Of a DNA stretch of 64,000 bases, positions 47,758-57,382 are shown piece after piece (the stretch's first letter is position 1; each line of letters begins with the position of its first letter). The DNA is from Anaerolineae bacterium. Lineage in GTDB: Bacteria > Chloroflexota > Anaerolineae > 4572-78 > NAK82. The notes below the pieces were generated by a model. That model worked only from the letters and a program-made list of their open reading frames with translations, did not search any database and was not told where the DNA came from. The translations under genes were made by a program, and so were the position numbers. The DNA lies in contig DAOUMD010000016.1 in assembly GCA_034412795.1 (NCBI GenBank), positions 178-64,177 of the forward strand, given 5' to 3'.

Positions 47758-48543
47758 ATGTCGCCTATCTTCTCATGTGAGGAAGTTACCAAAGCATACG
47801 GAGGGCTGATGGCGGTCAGAGATCTCTCCTTTGAAGTGGAAGAGGGGGAGATTTATGCCATTGCCGGACCCAATGGCGCAGGCAAGACAACCCTGTTCGA
47901 CACCATTTCGGGCGTTTCCCCGGCGACGAGCGGGGTTATTTTCTTTGAGGGCCAGGAAATACAGCGCCGGCACGCGGACGCTGTCTGTCGACTGGGTATC
48001 GCACGCACCTTCCAAACTACCGTGGGCTTTGACACCCAGACAGTGTTGACCAATGCTTTGGTGGGTGCCATCCTCGGCCGCGCAGGTACGGGCAACCCCA
48101 CCATGCAGTTCTCCGACGAAGCGGTTGAAGCAGCCCTTGAGGCATTGGAATTTTGCGACTTGCTGGATATACAAGGCGAACAGGTTGACACGCTGTCTGT
48201 TTTTGAGCGCAAACGACTGATGATGGCCACCGCCCTGTCCACCCATCCCAAGCTGCTGTTGTTGGACGAGCCGGTCGGCGGTCTCAGCCGGGCAGAACGG
48301 GATGGGATGGTGAACTTGGTCCGCAAAGTCAACCAATCGGGAGTTACCGTGTTGTTGATCGAGCACGTGATGAAAGCGGTCCAGGCGCTGGCTGATCGAC
48401 TGTTGGTCTTGCATCACGGCCGGAAGATCGCCGAAGGCCCTCCGGCCGAAGTCCTGCGCGACGAAAAGGTGATTGAGGTGTACCTGGGCGGCAAACACCG
48501 GGAGAAGATCTCGGGCAACAACGGAGGTGGTCGCCGATGTTGA
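47758..48543 (+). CDS. branched-chain amino acid-type ABC transporter ATP-binding protein (LivG-like)
   Basis: Walker A GPNGAGKTT, Walker B LLLLDEPVGG, and a LivG-type C-terminus EVYLGG. Confidence 0.9.
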   Translation: MSPIFSCEEVTKAYGGLMAVRDLSFEVEEGEIYAIAGPNGAGKTTLFDTISGVSPATSGVIFFEGQEIQRRHADAVCRLGIARTFQTTVGFDTQTVLTNALVGAILGRAGTGNPTMQFSDEAVEAALEALEFCDLLDIQGEQVDTLSVFERKRLMMATALSTHPKLLLLDEPVGGLSRAERDGMVNLVRKVNQSGVTVLLIEHVMKAVQALADRLLVLHHGRKIAEGPPAEVLRDEKVIEVYLGGKHREKISGNNGGGRRC

Positions 48544-49238
48544 AGGTAACCGACCTGGAGGCGGGGTATGGGGGATCCCAGGTTTTGCATTCATTATCGC
48601 TGTACGTCGAGGATGGCGAAACTGTGGTCGTGCTGGGTCCCAATGGCCACGGTAAGACCACTCTATTGCGCACCATCTCAGGGCTGGTCCGGCCTACGGC
48701 TGGCGAGGTAGAATTCGATGGACAGGTTATCTCTGACCTTCGGGCGTCAGAGATCGTAGCGGCAGGGGTGATCCACATTCCCCAGGGGGATCTGCCTTTT
48801 CCCGAGTTGACCGTTATGGAAAACTTGTTGATGGGCGCTTACCGGCCTGAGGCCTGGAAAGAGCGAAAGCAGAAGCTGGAACAGGTCTTTGAATTGTTCC
48901 CCCTCTTGGGGGAACGAACCACTCAATTGGCCCGCAGCCTGTCCGGCGGTGAACGACGTATGTTGGCCTTGGGGCGTGGCCTCATGAGCAAGGCAAAGAT
49001 TTTGATGATAGATGAGCCATCATTGGGCTTGGCTCCGTACCTGATCGAAGATGTCTATCAGACCATACGAAACATCAAGGGTACCGGGCTGTCTATCCTG
49101 CTGGTAGACGAGAACGCCGATCACATTGAGGGTCTGGCCGACCGGGTCTATCTCTTGGAATCCGGGACGTTGGTGAAGGAAGGTAAGGTAGATGAGATGC
49201 TCCAAGACGAGGCGCTGCTGGCCGCCTATCTCGGCTAA
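48537..49238 (+). CDS. branched-chain amino acid-type ABC transporter ATP-binding protein (LivF-like)
   Basis: Walker A GPNGHGKTT, signature LSGGERRM, and C-terminus AYLG; overlaps the upstream gene by 7 nt. Confidence 0.9.
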   Translation: MLKVTDLEAGYGGSQVLHSLSLYVEDGETVVVLGPNGHGKTTLLRTISGLVRPTAGEVEFDGQVISDLRASEIVAAGVIHIPQGDLPFPELTVMENLLMGAYRPEAWKERKQKLEQVFELFPLLGERTTQLARSLSGGERRMLALGRGLMSKAKILMIDEPSLGLAPYLIEDVYQTIRNIKGTGLSILLVDENADHIEGLADRVYLLESGTLVKEGKVDEMLQDEALLAAYLG

Positions 49239-49392
49239 TTCCAGGAATCTACCCCAGAATTTTGTATAGCTGGCGCATCTCTATCCCGAAAAGTGCCCCG
49301 CCGTCAGGTGCGGGTCGGGATGCTGTCCCTATGGATTTTTGGACAGGCTCTAAATCCGATAACCGAATGAAAAGTTGGGAGGACAAAAGAGT

Positions 49393-50271
49393 ATGGAGAA
49401 ATTGTTCCAAGCCATCTACAGTGGCATACTCTACGGTTCGATCTATGGCTTGATGGCCATCGGCCTGACCTTGATCTGGGGCTCGCTACGTATGTTAAAC
49501 TTGGCCCACGGGTCTTTGTATCTGGTGGGCGGGTACGTGGCCTGGACAGCCCTCAATGTCTTGGCGTTGCCGTCTCTGCCGTCATTTGCACTGGGCGTGA
49601 TCGGTGCCGCTCTGGTGGCTCTGCTGATACAGGTGCTCGCCATAAACCGGCTGCTGGGCAGGCAGGAGTTTTTTAACGCGACTATGATCGCTACGGTAGG
49701 CGCCTCAATTGTCATAGAAAGCGCGGTGCTTATTATCTATGGCCCGCGCGTCAAGCAGATGCCCGCGGTCATTGAGGGAACCTTTAAGATCGGCAACGTC
49801 CTCATCAGCTATCAGGCCCTGATTGTCATCGCTGTGGCTCTGGTCTCTTTCGCGCTATTGGCCCTGTTCCTGCGCAGGTCACGCTACGGATTGTCCATTC
49901 AAGCCGTCTCCCAGCAGATGGACGCGGCGCGGCTTATGGGCATTCCGTCTGTGGCCACCTTCATGATCGTCATGACCATCAGCGGGGCGCTGGCCGGCTT
50001 GGCGGGCGTGTTGCTGTCATCTATCTTTTACCTTTCTCCCACTTCCGGGTTCAACCCCATGATCAAAGCGCTGGTAGTCACCATCTTTGGCGGCCTGGGC
50101 AGCGTCAAAGGCACCATCTGGGCTGCCTACGTCATCGGGCTGTTAGAAGCCTTCCTGCAGGTATACTTCGGCGCTGGTGCGGCGTTGCCGGGTCTGTTTC
50201 TGTTCATGATTATTATGCTGGTTATACGCCCGACTGGGCTGTTCGGATTGGGGGAGGCGCAACGGCTATGA
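49393..50271 (+). CDS. branched-chain amino acid-type ABC transporter permease (LivH-like)
   Basis: Polytopic, LivH-like N-terminus (LFQAIYSGILYGSIYGLMAIGLTLI). Confidence 0.85.
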   Translation: MEKLFQAIYSGILYGSIYGLMAIGLTLIWGSLRMLNLAHGSLYLVGGYVAWTALNVLALPSLPSFALGVIGAALVALLIQVLAINRLLGRQEFFNATMIATVGASIVIESAVLIIYGPRVKQMPAVIEGTFKIGNVLISYQALIVIAVALVSFALLALFLRRSRYGLSIQAVSQQMDAARLMGIPSVATFMIVMTISGALAGLAGVLLSSIFYLSPTSGFNPMIKALVVTIFGGLGSVKGTIWAAYVIGLLEAFLQVYFGAGAALPGLFLFMIIMLVIRPTGLFGLGEAQRL

Positions 50272-51326
50272 TCCAGGATACTGCTGTTTCCCAGCCTAAA
50301 GCAAAAAACATCTCTGAGAGACTGAATTGGGCGGCCGGACCGTGGGCCAAGCCCAGCAAGGTGTTCATTGGGGTGGCGCTGCTGGTGGCGGTGGTCTTCC
50401 CGTTGGTAGCCACTCAGCTCAGTACCGGCCGCTTCATATTGCACCTGTGCGTCCTTTTCTTCGGTTGGTGTATCGTAACCCAGAGCTGGAACTTGATCTT
50501 GGGTGTGGGGGGCATTTTCTCCTTTGCCCAGTTGGCGCTATTTGCCGTTGGTGGTTACACCACGGGTGTCTTGACTTTGCACCTGGGCTGGAGCCCGTGG
50601 ATTGCCATCTTTCTGGCGCCGATCGTGGCTACCATCGCCGCCCTGATCATTGGTCTGCCCAGCTTGCGGCTGCGTGGCCCTTACGTGGTCTTGCTAACTC
50701 TGGCCTTTCACGAATTGCTGCGCAATTTTGCTACCCAGGGGCCAAGCTGGATCGCCGGTGGCGGCTACGGCTTGAGATACGTTCCCAAATTCGGATTTGA
50801 GGAATTGCTGGGTCGTCCGTTCGACCGGGTGGCCTACTACTACGTCGGCCTGATCTTTTTTGCGATTGCGACCTACGTCATCTGGCGCATCTTCCACTCG
50901 CCCATCGGCATGAGCTTCCGCGCTCTGCGCGACTCGGAGACCTACGCTATCAGCCGTGGGGTTGATCCCTTCCGCTTTAAGATGCTGTTGTTTGCCTTCA
51001 GTGCCTTCTTCACCGGGCTGGCGGGTGGTTACCTCATCCACTACAATGGAGCGCAGTCTCCAGCCATCCTCAGCTTTGAAACCATGATTAACCTGCTGGC
51101 TGCGATCGTGCTGGGCGGGTGGGGGACCTTCTGGGGACCCATTGCCGGCACGGTCTTGATCATCGTGCTGCCTGAGTTGCTGCGGGCGGCGGAAGACTAC
51201 CGCAACCTGGCTATGGGTTTGACGTTGGCCTTGATTGCCGTCTTTGCCCCGCAAGGTCTGGGCCCGTTGATCGCCGATGGTGTCAGGAAACTTGTTAAAT
51301 CCACTCGGCGAAGACAGGAAGCATAA
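50268..51326 (+). CDS. branched-chain amino acid-type ABC transporter permease (LivM-like)
   Basis: Polytopic; ATGA overlap with the upstream permease. Confidence 0.85.
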   Translation: MIQDTAVSQPKAKNISERLNWAAGPWAKPSKVFIGVALLVAVVFPLVATQLSTGRFILHLCVLFFGWCIVTQSWNLILGVGGIFSFAQLALFAVGGYTTGVLTLHLGWSPWIAIFLAPIVATIAALIIGLPSLRLRGPYVVLLTLAFHELLRNFATQGPSWIAGGGYGLRYVPKFGFEELLGRPFDRVAYYYVGLIFFAIATYVIWRIFHSPIGMSFRALRDSETYAISRGVDPFRFKMLLFAFSAFFTGLAGGYLIHYNGAQSPAILSFETMINLLAAIVLGGWGTFWGPIAGTVLIIVLPELLRAAEDYRNLAMGLTLALIAVFAPQGLGPLIADGVRKLVKSTRRRQEA

Positions 51327-51364
51327 CAACCGACGCTCATAGTGTGAAACAGGGTGAGAGACAA

Positions 51365-51408
51365 CCCCCCGGTTTTCCAAGCATGAGAAAACCGGGGGTA
51401 GTGTTTTT
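51365..51408. terminator. bidirectional terminator between convergent livM-like and ADH genes
   Basis: CCCCCGGTTTT...AAAACCGGGGG stem followed by GTGTTTTT. Confidence 0.65.
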
Positions 51409-51436
51409 CCCGTCTGCTGCTTTGCCGGCCAGCTTC

Positions 51437-52456
51437 CTAGGGAACCAATACCGCCTTGATGATCGCTTCCTCGGCCTGGCTGTTCTTGCGCATGATCTCC
51501 TCGGTTTCGGAGAAGCTGAAGGTATTGGTGATCAGCTTCTCAGCGTCGATCATCCCCTCTCGGAGCAGGCGGAGAGAGCGCGGGAAACTGATGCCCGGCT
51601 CGGCAAAGGTAGAGCGCAGGGTGACTTTGTTGAAGATCAAGTCATTGATGTCCAGCTCTACCTTGCTTTCTCCACCCAGGTTGATCCCGATGAAGGACAC
51701 AATCCCTCCGAATTTCACCATTTGCACGGCCAGGGGCATCGTCACCGGTGGAGAGGTGACCACAACACTGTGCGCCCCGGTGGGGAAGGTTGAGCGTACT
51801 TTTTCCACCGGGTCTTCCTCAGCCGCATGGATCAATACGTCGGCCCCAAACGCCTCGCCCACCTTCATGCGGGCTGTTTCGCGTGGGCTGCGGTCATAGC
51901 CGATCAGGGCTACTCTGGCCGCCCCATGAAGTTTTGCCAGCCGAACGCACATCAGGCCGATGGGGCCTGGCCCGTAGACCACCACGTCGCCACCTAACGG
52001 GATCTCGGCGTTTTTCACCGTGTTGATGGCCACCGCCAGCGGTTCTGTCAACGAGGCGTGGACATAGTCTATGTCCTCGAAGGGGTTTAGCATGTGCTCG
52101 TTGAGTGCCATGTACTCTGCCATACCTGGCTGGCCGCCAAAATCATACATGTTGCTGCAGCGCCACGCTTCCCCATTCTTGCAGTGTTCGCACATGCCAC
52201 ACATTGTCACGTCTTCGGGGATGACCTTGTCTCCCACCTTGACGTTGGTCACGCCCGACCCTACTTCTACGACTTCGGCCGCGATTTCGTGACCCAGGGG
52301 CATCCAGTCTTCCGTCCAGTCTGCGGCGAAGTGCAGATCGGTGCCACATACTCCACAGGCTTTGACCTTAATCAGGGCTTCCCCCTCTTTAGGTTTCGGG
52401 ACGTCCATCTCCCTGATTTCGAATTGGAATGGACTTCTGGCGTATACACCTTTCAT
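51437..52456 (-). CDS. zinc-dependent alcohol/polyol dehydrogenase (MDR family)
   Basis: GVCGTDLH zinc motif and GPGPIGL NAD loop. Start set at the ATG preceded by GAGAGG. Confidence 0.85.
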   Translation of the reverse strand: MKGVYARSPFQFEIREMDVPKPKEGEALIKVKACGVCGTDLHFAADWTEDWMPLGHEIAAEVVEVGSGVTNVKVGDKVIPEDVTMCGMCEHCKNGEAWRCSNMYDFGGQPGMAEYMALNEHMLNPFEDIDYVHASLTEPLAVAINTVKNAEIPLGGDVVVYGPGPIGLMCVRLAKLHGAARVALIGYDRSPRETARMKVGEAFGADVLIHAAEEDPVEKVRSTFPTGAHSVVVTSPPVTMPLAVQMVKFGGIVSFIGINLGGESKVELDINDLIFNKVTLRSTFAEPGISFPRSLRLLREGMIDAEKLITNTFSFSETEEIMRKNSQAEEAIIKAVLVP

Positions 52457-52483
52457 TTTTGTTTTCCTCTCGTATCGTTCCAT

Positions 52484-52513
52484 AAACCCGGTTTTTTCAA
52501 AAAAACCGGGTTT
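52484..52513 (-). terminator. A/T-flanked perfect hairpin between the DegT and ADH genes
   Basis: AAACCCGGTTTTTT-C-AAAAAAACCGGGTTT. Confidence 0.55.
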
Positions 52514-52525
52514 ATACAGACGCTG

Positions 52526-53851
52526 CTACGCGGCCATAAAGACGTCGCCGCTGAAGTGGGCCACGATGTCATCATCCTTGTGTTTGACTACTGTGTCCAG
52601 ATCGCCACACACCTTGCGAAGCGCCTCCGCGTACATCTCCATCAGCTCCTGGCCATTGGGTGGATTGGTGCCGATGATGGCCGTGTAGTCTTCACACAGC
52701 GCGGTGGCGACTGGATAATCCTCCCCACGGTAGGTGACCTCCCTATCATACAGGGGGTTGTTCTTCCACGGGAAGCCCTTGCCGTGGCCGAGCTTGGTCT
52801 GGAAGAGGTCCTGGGTCGGCACCGGCATGATTTGCCACTGGCCGACGGCGACGCCCTCCATGTGCAATGCTTTCTCAAGAGCGATGCGGAATTCACGCGG
52901 CGACAGGTCGACGCCCGCCTTTTTCGGGTCGAAACGTACGATGTACATCCACCACACGTGGGTTCTGTCTGGAGGCACATAAGGGGTTGTGACCCATTCG
53001 TACTCACTCAATACATCGGTCAGCATGGCACAGTTCTTATGGCGGATGGTGTTGTTCTCGTCCAATCGCTGCAACTGGGCGCGGGCGAAGGCAGCCGGCA
53101 GCTCCTGGGTTCTGAACATATAACCCAGGATGGAGGCGTTGTAGACCCTGAGTTGCGTCTCGTCGTCAATTTCATCTCCGAACATACGCAGCATGTCCCC
53201 GCGCATCAAGTAGGTATCGTCGTCGGTGACGAAGAAACCGCCCTCACCCCCACACAAGTTCTTGGAACTGTTCAGGCTGAAGGCCCCGAAATCGCCAATG
53301 GAACCGACTTTCTTGCCCTTGTACTCGGCTCCGTGAGCCTGGCAGGCATCTTCAATGACGATCAGGTTGTGCTTCTTGGCGATGGCCATGATCTCGTCCA
53401 TATCGGCGGGTAGTCCGTGAAGATGGACGGGGATGATGGCCTTGGTCCTGTCGGTAATTTTTTCCTCGATCTTGGTGGCGTCGATGTTGAACGTCCTCTC
53501 GTCGATGTCGACGAAGATGGGGATGGCGTTAGCGTGCAGGATGCATGAGGCAGAGGCCAAAAAGGTGTAGGCCGGGGCGATGACTTCGTCGCCCAGGCCC
53601 ACCTGGGCGGCTGCCAACGACATGTGCAGGGCCGCCGTGCCGCTGTTGGTGGCCAGGCAGTGCTTTCTGCCAACGTATTCTGCCCACTCCTTTTGCAGGG
53701 CCACCGTTTCGGGTGCTCCGCCACCGCACACAGTCTTATTGTCGAAGACCCGCAGGACAGCTTCCCGATCCCGTTCGTCGATCGGAGGCCACGGTTTGAG
53801 TGCCCCCTCAGGAACGGTCCGTTCTCCACCATCGATGGCTAACTTCTTCAT
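52526..53851 (-). CDS. DegT/DnrJ/EryC1/StrS family PLP-dependent aminotransferase
   Basis: FSLNSSKNLCGGEGG (PLP-lysine context); RBS AAGGAGG. Confidence 0.85.
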   Translation of the reverse strand: MKKLAIDGGERTVPEGALKPWPPIDERDREAVLRVFDNKTVCGGGAPETVALQKEWAEYVGRKHCLATNSGTAALHMSLAAAQVGLGDEVIAPAYTFLASASCILHANAIPIFVDIDERTFNIDATKIEEKITDRTKAIIPVHLHGLPADMDEIMAIAKKHNLIVIEDACQAHGAEYKGKKVGSIGDFGAFSLNSSKNLCGGEGGFFVTDDDTYLMRGDMLRMFGDEIDDETQLRVYNASILGYMFRTQELPAAFARAQLQRLDENNTIRHKNCAMLTDVLSEYEWVTTPYVPPDRTHVWWMYIVRFDPKKAGVDLSPREFRIALEKALHMEGVAVGQWQIMPVPTQDLFQTKLGHGKGFPWKNNPLYDREVTYRGEDYPVATALCEDYTAIIGTNPPNGQELMEMYAEALRKVCGDLDTVVKHKDDDIVAHFSGDVFMAA

Positions 53852-54174
53852 TGAGCTTACCTCCTTTGTTTTTTAATCATAGGATTTGTTTGTCTGGCAA
53901 CGGGGAGGGATCCCCGGAGATCTATCGTTGGCTGGGAAAGACAAGACTTGTCCGGCCGGTGCAGCGGTCTTGGGGAGATACCGGAGGGAAGTAAACACGT
54001 ATGATCTAGTGTCTCGACGTTGCACCATCGGAGCCGAGCCATCGCTTCACGTCACGACGCAGAAATACAGATGAAATGTGCGGACTGTCAGGATTGTCTT
54101 TATGGGGGGTTCCACAGTTAAAGGAATAATGCTCTGTGCCGACAAGCTAATTCCTTTCATCAAGAAATAATATA

Positions 54175-54822
54175 CTACAGGATGGGGGATTTGTCAAGAA
54201 ACTCCGGGGATCGAGCTTGGAGTGCCTGAGCGAGCCGTTCAGCGCGCCCGACGAGATCGAGAATCTCATCGCGTTTGGCTTTCAAAAACGTAGCTAATTT
54301 TACTGCAACGGGGTCATCAAAAGCGTCATCCTCAACACGCTCCAGAAACGTCTTTACGATTTCGCGCCATTGTGGAGAATATGTCTCCTGCTAGATGCGT
54401 CTGATTAGGGCTGGAGGCACTACAGCCGAGTGAATGCTTTTGAGGGCCATGCCAAAATCGCCCCAGTGGCGATCCAACAAGTCAACTTCATAACCATTGT
54501 GGCCCTCAACAAAAGGATAAAGAATCACCTTGAAGGCGTCCAGGCTCGCCCAGAGTTGCCCGGTTTTGGTTGCCAGCGGGGCTATGATTTGCCCGATGCC
54601 CTGGTCGCCGAGAAATTTGGGTAACGCCACAGAAGTTTCGTCAAAAACGCCGCTTCTTAACTTCAGAAAATACGGCGTTTCATCGTCTGCGACGACGCGA
54701 TAGACGGCTGTATTCCGATCAGCTCCGAGAGGAAGAAAAGTGACCTGGACAACATTCAATCCATATTCATCTCGCAAACAAGCGATAATTTTTTCGTCTT
54801 GGAGATCAGGTTTTTCAAGCAT
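54175..54822 (-). pseudogene. aminoglycoside/antibiotic phosphotransferase (APH) family pseudogene
   Basis: APH-like N-lobe (VTFLPLGADRNTAVYRV...PYFLKL). An in-frame TAG sits at 54391-54393 and the same frame continues (QETYSPQWREIV...). Homology ends at ...ARSPEF, before the catalytic loop. Confidence 0.7.
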
Positions 54823-55247
54823 GGGTATGTGAGTTTTCCATCTTCATGAGAAACAATCTGTGCTATTTCCCGCTCCAGCTCGTCCAGAGACCGCGTAAAC
54901 CAGATGGTCAGACACAGGTGGGTCGCGCCGCGGCTCTACACATGGTTAGCCCGCCCCTCAACCACGCTTGCTTGGGGCGGTAATCCATGTTCATATACTT
55001 ATCACCTCTCTCCAGCTCGACCAACAGATGTCATCCCTTTCGCTTGATGTCGACTCAGTTTCGCATCACCTGGCACTTCAGGGGGGTACATCTTGGCCGC
55101 ATGTGAGTGGTACATTCACGGGCGAATATTGACAGCTTCCAAATAGGACGAAATCTCAGTCTGCATATTGTGCCTTCTACTTCAGGAGCGTTGAATCAAA
55201 CCGCATCACATGCCGAAGCCACCCCGTTCAGACGGCGCTTCGCGCTC

Positions 55248-55374
55248 TCTGAACGGTCGCGAGCTCAGCGGCCCGCCTTTCTACGCCCAACCATTATGGC
55301 CATTCTGCCTGGTGGACGCGCCAATCAGGTTGACCGTCCCGCTCACAGGGTCCGCTGCAGTGAGTTGGTTATGC
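55248..55374 (-). repeat. attC-like imperfect inverted repeat A (127 nt)
   Basis: Minus strand reads GCATAAC-spacer-CTGCAGCGGACCC...GGGCCGCTGAGC-spacer-GTTCAGA. Two extra bases occur only in the 5' arm. It is a paralogue of 56026-56146. Confidence 0.45.
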
Positions 55375-55995
55375 TGAAACGCTTTCGATCTTCTTGCCAT
55401 CCTGTGAGATCCTTAGAGAGAAAGTGACGGAAACCGGATCTCCGCTTGGTGACTTCCCTATCTCAACATCAACTATAGGTATCCGCAACCCTGATCGAGT
55501 CAGTTTTTCCCTTAGAGTGTCGCTAATCTTGCTATCTGGAATATGAGGAGCGATAGACGCAAAAGCCTTTAGGATTTGCTTTGCCAGTTCGATAAACATC
55601 CACTTCTTCCCTGCTTGTTCATACTGAACCCTCTCTATTGATAGGTGTGCTGCTTGTTTATTGGCCTTTGTAAGTGTTTGTTGGAGATCTGGAGAAATCG
55701 GAGGAAGATGATTATTGATAACGTCAGTGTCAACGTAATCTTCAAGGACAATATCTGTAGCAAAGTCCCTTCCCATCGATCGCGAATAGAGGAAATTGAT
55801 TAGATTTCGAGCGTGGAGTGCAAAGCTATTTAGTAGGCCGTTGTTTATTGCCCAAGGCAAATATCCCTCAGCCTTATATATGGTCAAGAAAGCGAGAATG
55901 CCTGCTGACCAGGTGAGCATATCGATCTCGTATTGAAGATGCTCATCCGCATAATGCAACAGGTCGCTATCTGAAAGCGAATTTGGCGGCTTCAT
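55369..55995 (-). CDS. hypothetical protein (orphan; helical N-part, beta-rich C-tail)
   Basis: 208 aa from the ATG preceded by GGAAGGAGG; AT-rich codon usage; the TAA stop lies inside the GCATAAC core of the downstream attC-like repeat. Confidence 0.6.
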   Translation of the reverse strand: MKPPNSLSDSDLLHYADEHLQYEIDMLTWSAGILAFLTIYKAEGYLPWAINNGLLNSFALHARNLINFLYSRSMGRDFATDIVLEDYVDTDVINNHLPPISPDLQQTLTKANKQAAHLSIERVQYEQAGKKWMFIELAKQILKAFASIAPHIPDSKISDTLREKLTRSGLRIPIVDVEIGKSPSGDPVSVTFSLRISQDGKKIESVSA

Positions 55996-56025
55996 TGCTA
56001 CCTCCTTCCTCAAGGCACTGTGTCG

Positions 56026-56146
56026 GCATAACGCCCAAGCTCAGCGGCCCGCAAGATGGGTAACAACTTCAAGCAAGTGACCCACGCATTGTGCCAATCA
56101 TTGTGAGAGCCCAGCCCTTGGGGTCCGCTGCAGCGATGGATTAGGG
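56026..56146 (-). repeat. attC-like imperfect inverted repeat B (121 nt)
   Basis: Minus strand reads CCCTAAT-spacer-GCTGCAGCGGACCC...GGGCCGCTGAGC-spacer-GTTATGC. It shares both arms and an internal GCCAATCA with repeat A. Confidence 0.45.
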
Positions 56147-56158
56147 CGTGACCTTACA

Positions 56159-57289
56159 CTAAAGCGAAATATGAACTACCATGTCACTAACTTGGTCATT
56201 AGGTTCAAAAGAAGCATCAACGTTAATACCTTCGAGAAAGAATCTGGCAAACTCATCTTTGTGGTTGTACTGTGTTCCTGGTTGGTTCAAAATGCGATTT
56301 GCGCTCGCTGTGAATAAATCAGCAACCTGTAAGAAGATATTACTGTGAGAATCAGCGCATCGTACTTCATCAATGTGAAGCTCACCGTCAAAGCGTGATA
56401 CAGAAGCCCGCTTCAGACGGTCATCCAAATCGGCAGTCAACAAACTGTCATATCCTTCTTCCTCTGAGTCCTTCCAGACCTGCAATAGTCGTGGTAGTGG
56501 AGCTCTACCCGTTTCGTCTTCGGTTTCTACACCTCGGATCAACAGATGGTAAAACAGTTGCTGCAAAGCAACTTGCTTATTCTGAATACCAGCCGTTGGC
56601 ACAGTCACTAGTTTGAAACTGACAGTAGGTGCTTCCTCCAAAAAAAGCGTTATCATTTCCTTATAAGTTGTTAAGTCACCCCTGTTCATATGTGAGAAGT
56701 GAAACTCTTTGGTGAAACCAACTTCCTCCATGAAATCGAGAATCTTCTTGTTTAGTGTAAAGATGGGATATCCTCCTCCAAGGAACCAAACACTCCCAAC
56801 AATGAGTTGACTAGCATTCTTTCCACTCTCATCCATATAAACAACGAGTGTGGGATAACCAACAGGTTTGTCTTCAAGGGCTTTTTCCTTTTCCTCTTCT
56901 GAGAGGGTACCACGTTTCTCGCGTATTTCGGAGCTGGCAATGAAAAGTTTGTATGTGTTCTGGATTCGTGCTCGCTCACGGGCTATAGATGTCAGACGAG
57001 TCAAACGATAGAGCTCATCAGGTTTAATAGAGTAGCCATTGTATATATGAGACTCAAAGGTTTCCCAAAGCTTAAGTTGCAGGGCAATGTCCGAATTCCT
57101 TGTTTCAGGATGGTGATTGAGAATCCAGGCGACTTTGTCCCGCAAAGTATTGACAGTGGCGGAAGATATGTGATTAAGAAGTCGCTGGCGTTCTTCCTCG
57201 TGCTGTGCTTCTTTTTGCTCTTCCTCAGACAAAGCTTCCTGAGATTCCTCAGATTGAGAATCTAGGAAATCAAATATGGATTGTTGCAT
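56159..57289 (-). CDS. DUF3800 domain protein with ~140-aa N-terminal extension
   Basis: VVYMDESGK and FLQVADLF motifs (the DES / Q-x-AD hallmarks I recall for DUF3800); acidic low-complexity N-terminus; low GC. Confidence 0.7.
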   Translation of the reverse strand: MQQSIFDFLDSQSEESQEALSEEEQKEAQHEEERQRLLNHISSATVNTLRDKVAWILNHHPETRNSDIALQLKLWETFESHIYNGYSIKPDELYRLTRLTSIARERARIQNTYKLFIASSEIREKRGTLSEEEKEKALEDKPVGYPTLVVYMDESGKNASQLIVGSVWFLGGGYPIFTLNKKILDFMEEVGFTKEFHFSHMNRGDLTTYKEMITLFLEEAPTVSFKLVTVPTAGIQNKQVALQQLFYHLLIRGVETEDETGRAPLPRLLQVWKDSEEEGYDSLLTADLDDRLKRASVSRFDGELHIDEVRCADSHSNIFLQVADLFTASANRILNQPGTQYNHKDEFARFFLEGINVDASFEPNDQVSDMVVHISL

Positions 57290-57312
57290 TCCTGGTCCCT
57301 CTTGATTGTGCG

Positions 57313-57382
57313 GCCTAACGTCAGGCGCTTCCCAAAGATATGTCTGACGATTTTAACAATTACCTTGCTCTCTATTTTAGGA
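57313..57382 (-). repeat. weak attC-like site C with canonical GTTAGGC core
   Basis: Minus strand reads TCCTAAA (contains the TAA stop of 57377-57880)...CGTCAG...CTGACGTTAGGC. The hairpin is short and asymmetric. Confidence 0.3.

Noticed and set aside
52094-53413. 439-aa ORF on the plus strand
   Set aside because: Antisense to the ADH and DegT genes, both of which have clear cofactor motifs; the hairpin at 52484-52513 lies in its middle.
54391-54393. In-frame TAG of the APH gene as a pyrrolysine or read-through codon (an MttB gene is nearby)
   Set aside because: The MttB homologue itself has no amber codon and no pyl genes are seen. The APH gene is also 3'-truncated, so a plain nonsense mutation in a pseudogene is the simpler reading.
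54941-54985. GTTAGCC-CCGCCCC...GGGGCGG-TAAT hairpin as a further attC site
   Set aside because: The GTT-type core precedes and the TAA-type core follows the stem on either strand, which is the reverse of the attC order. The stem has no bulged bases and is only 7 bp. It is more likely debris or a small terminator.
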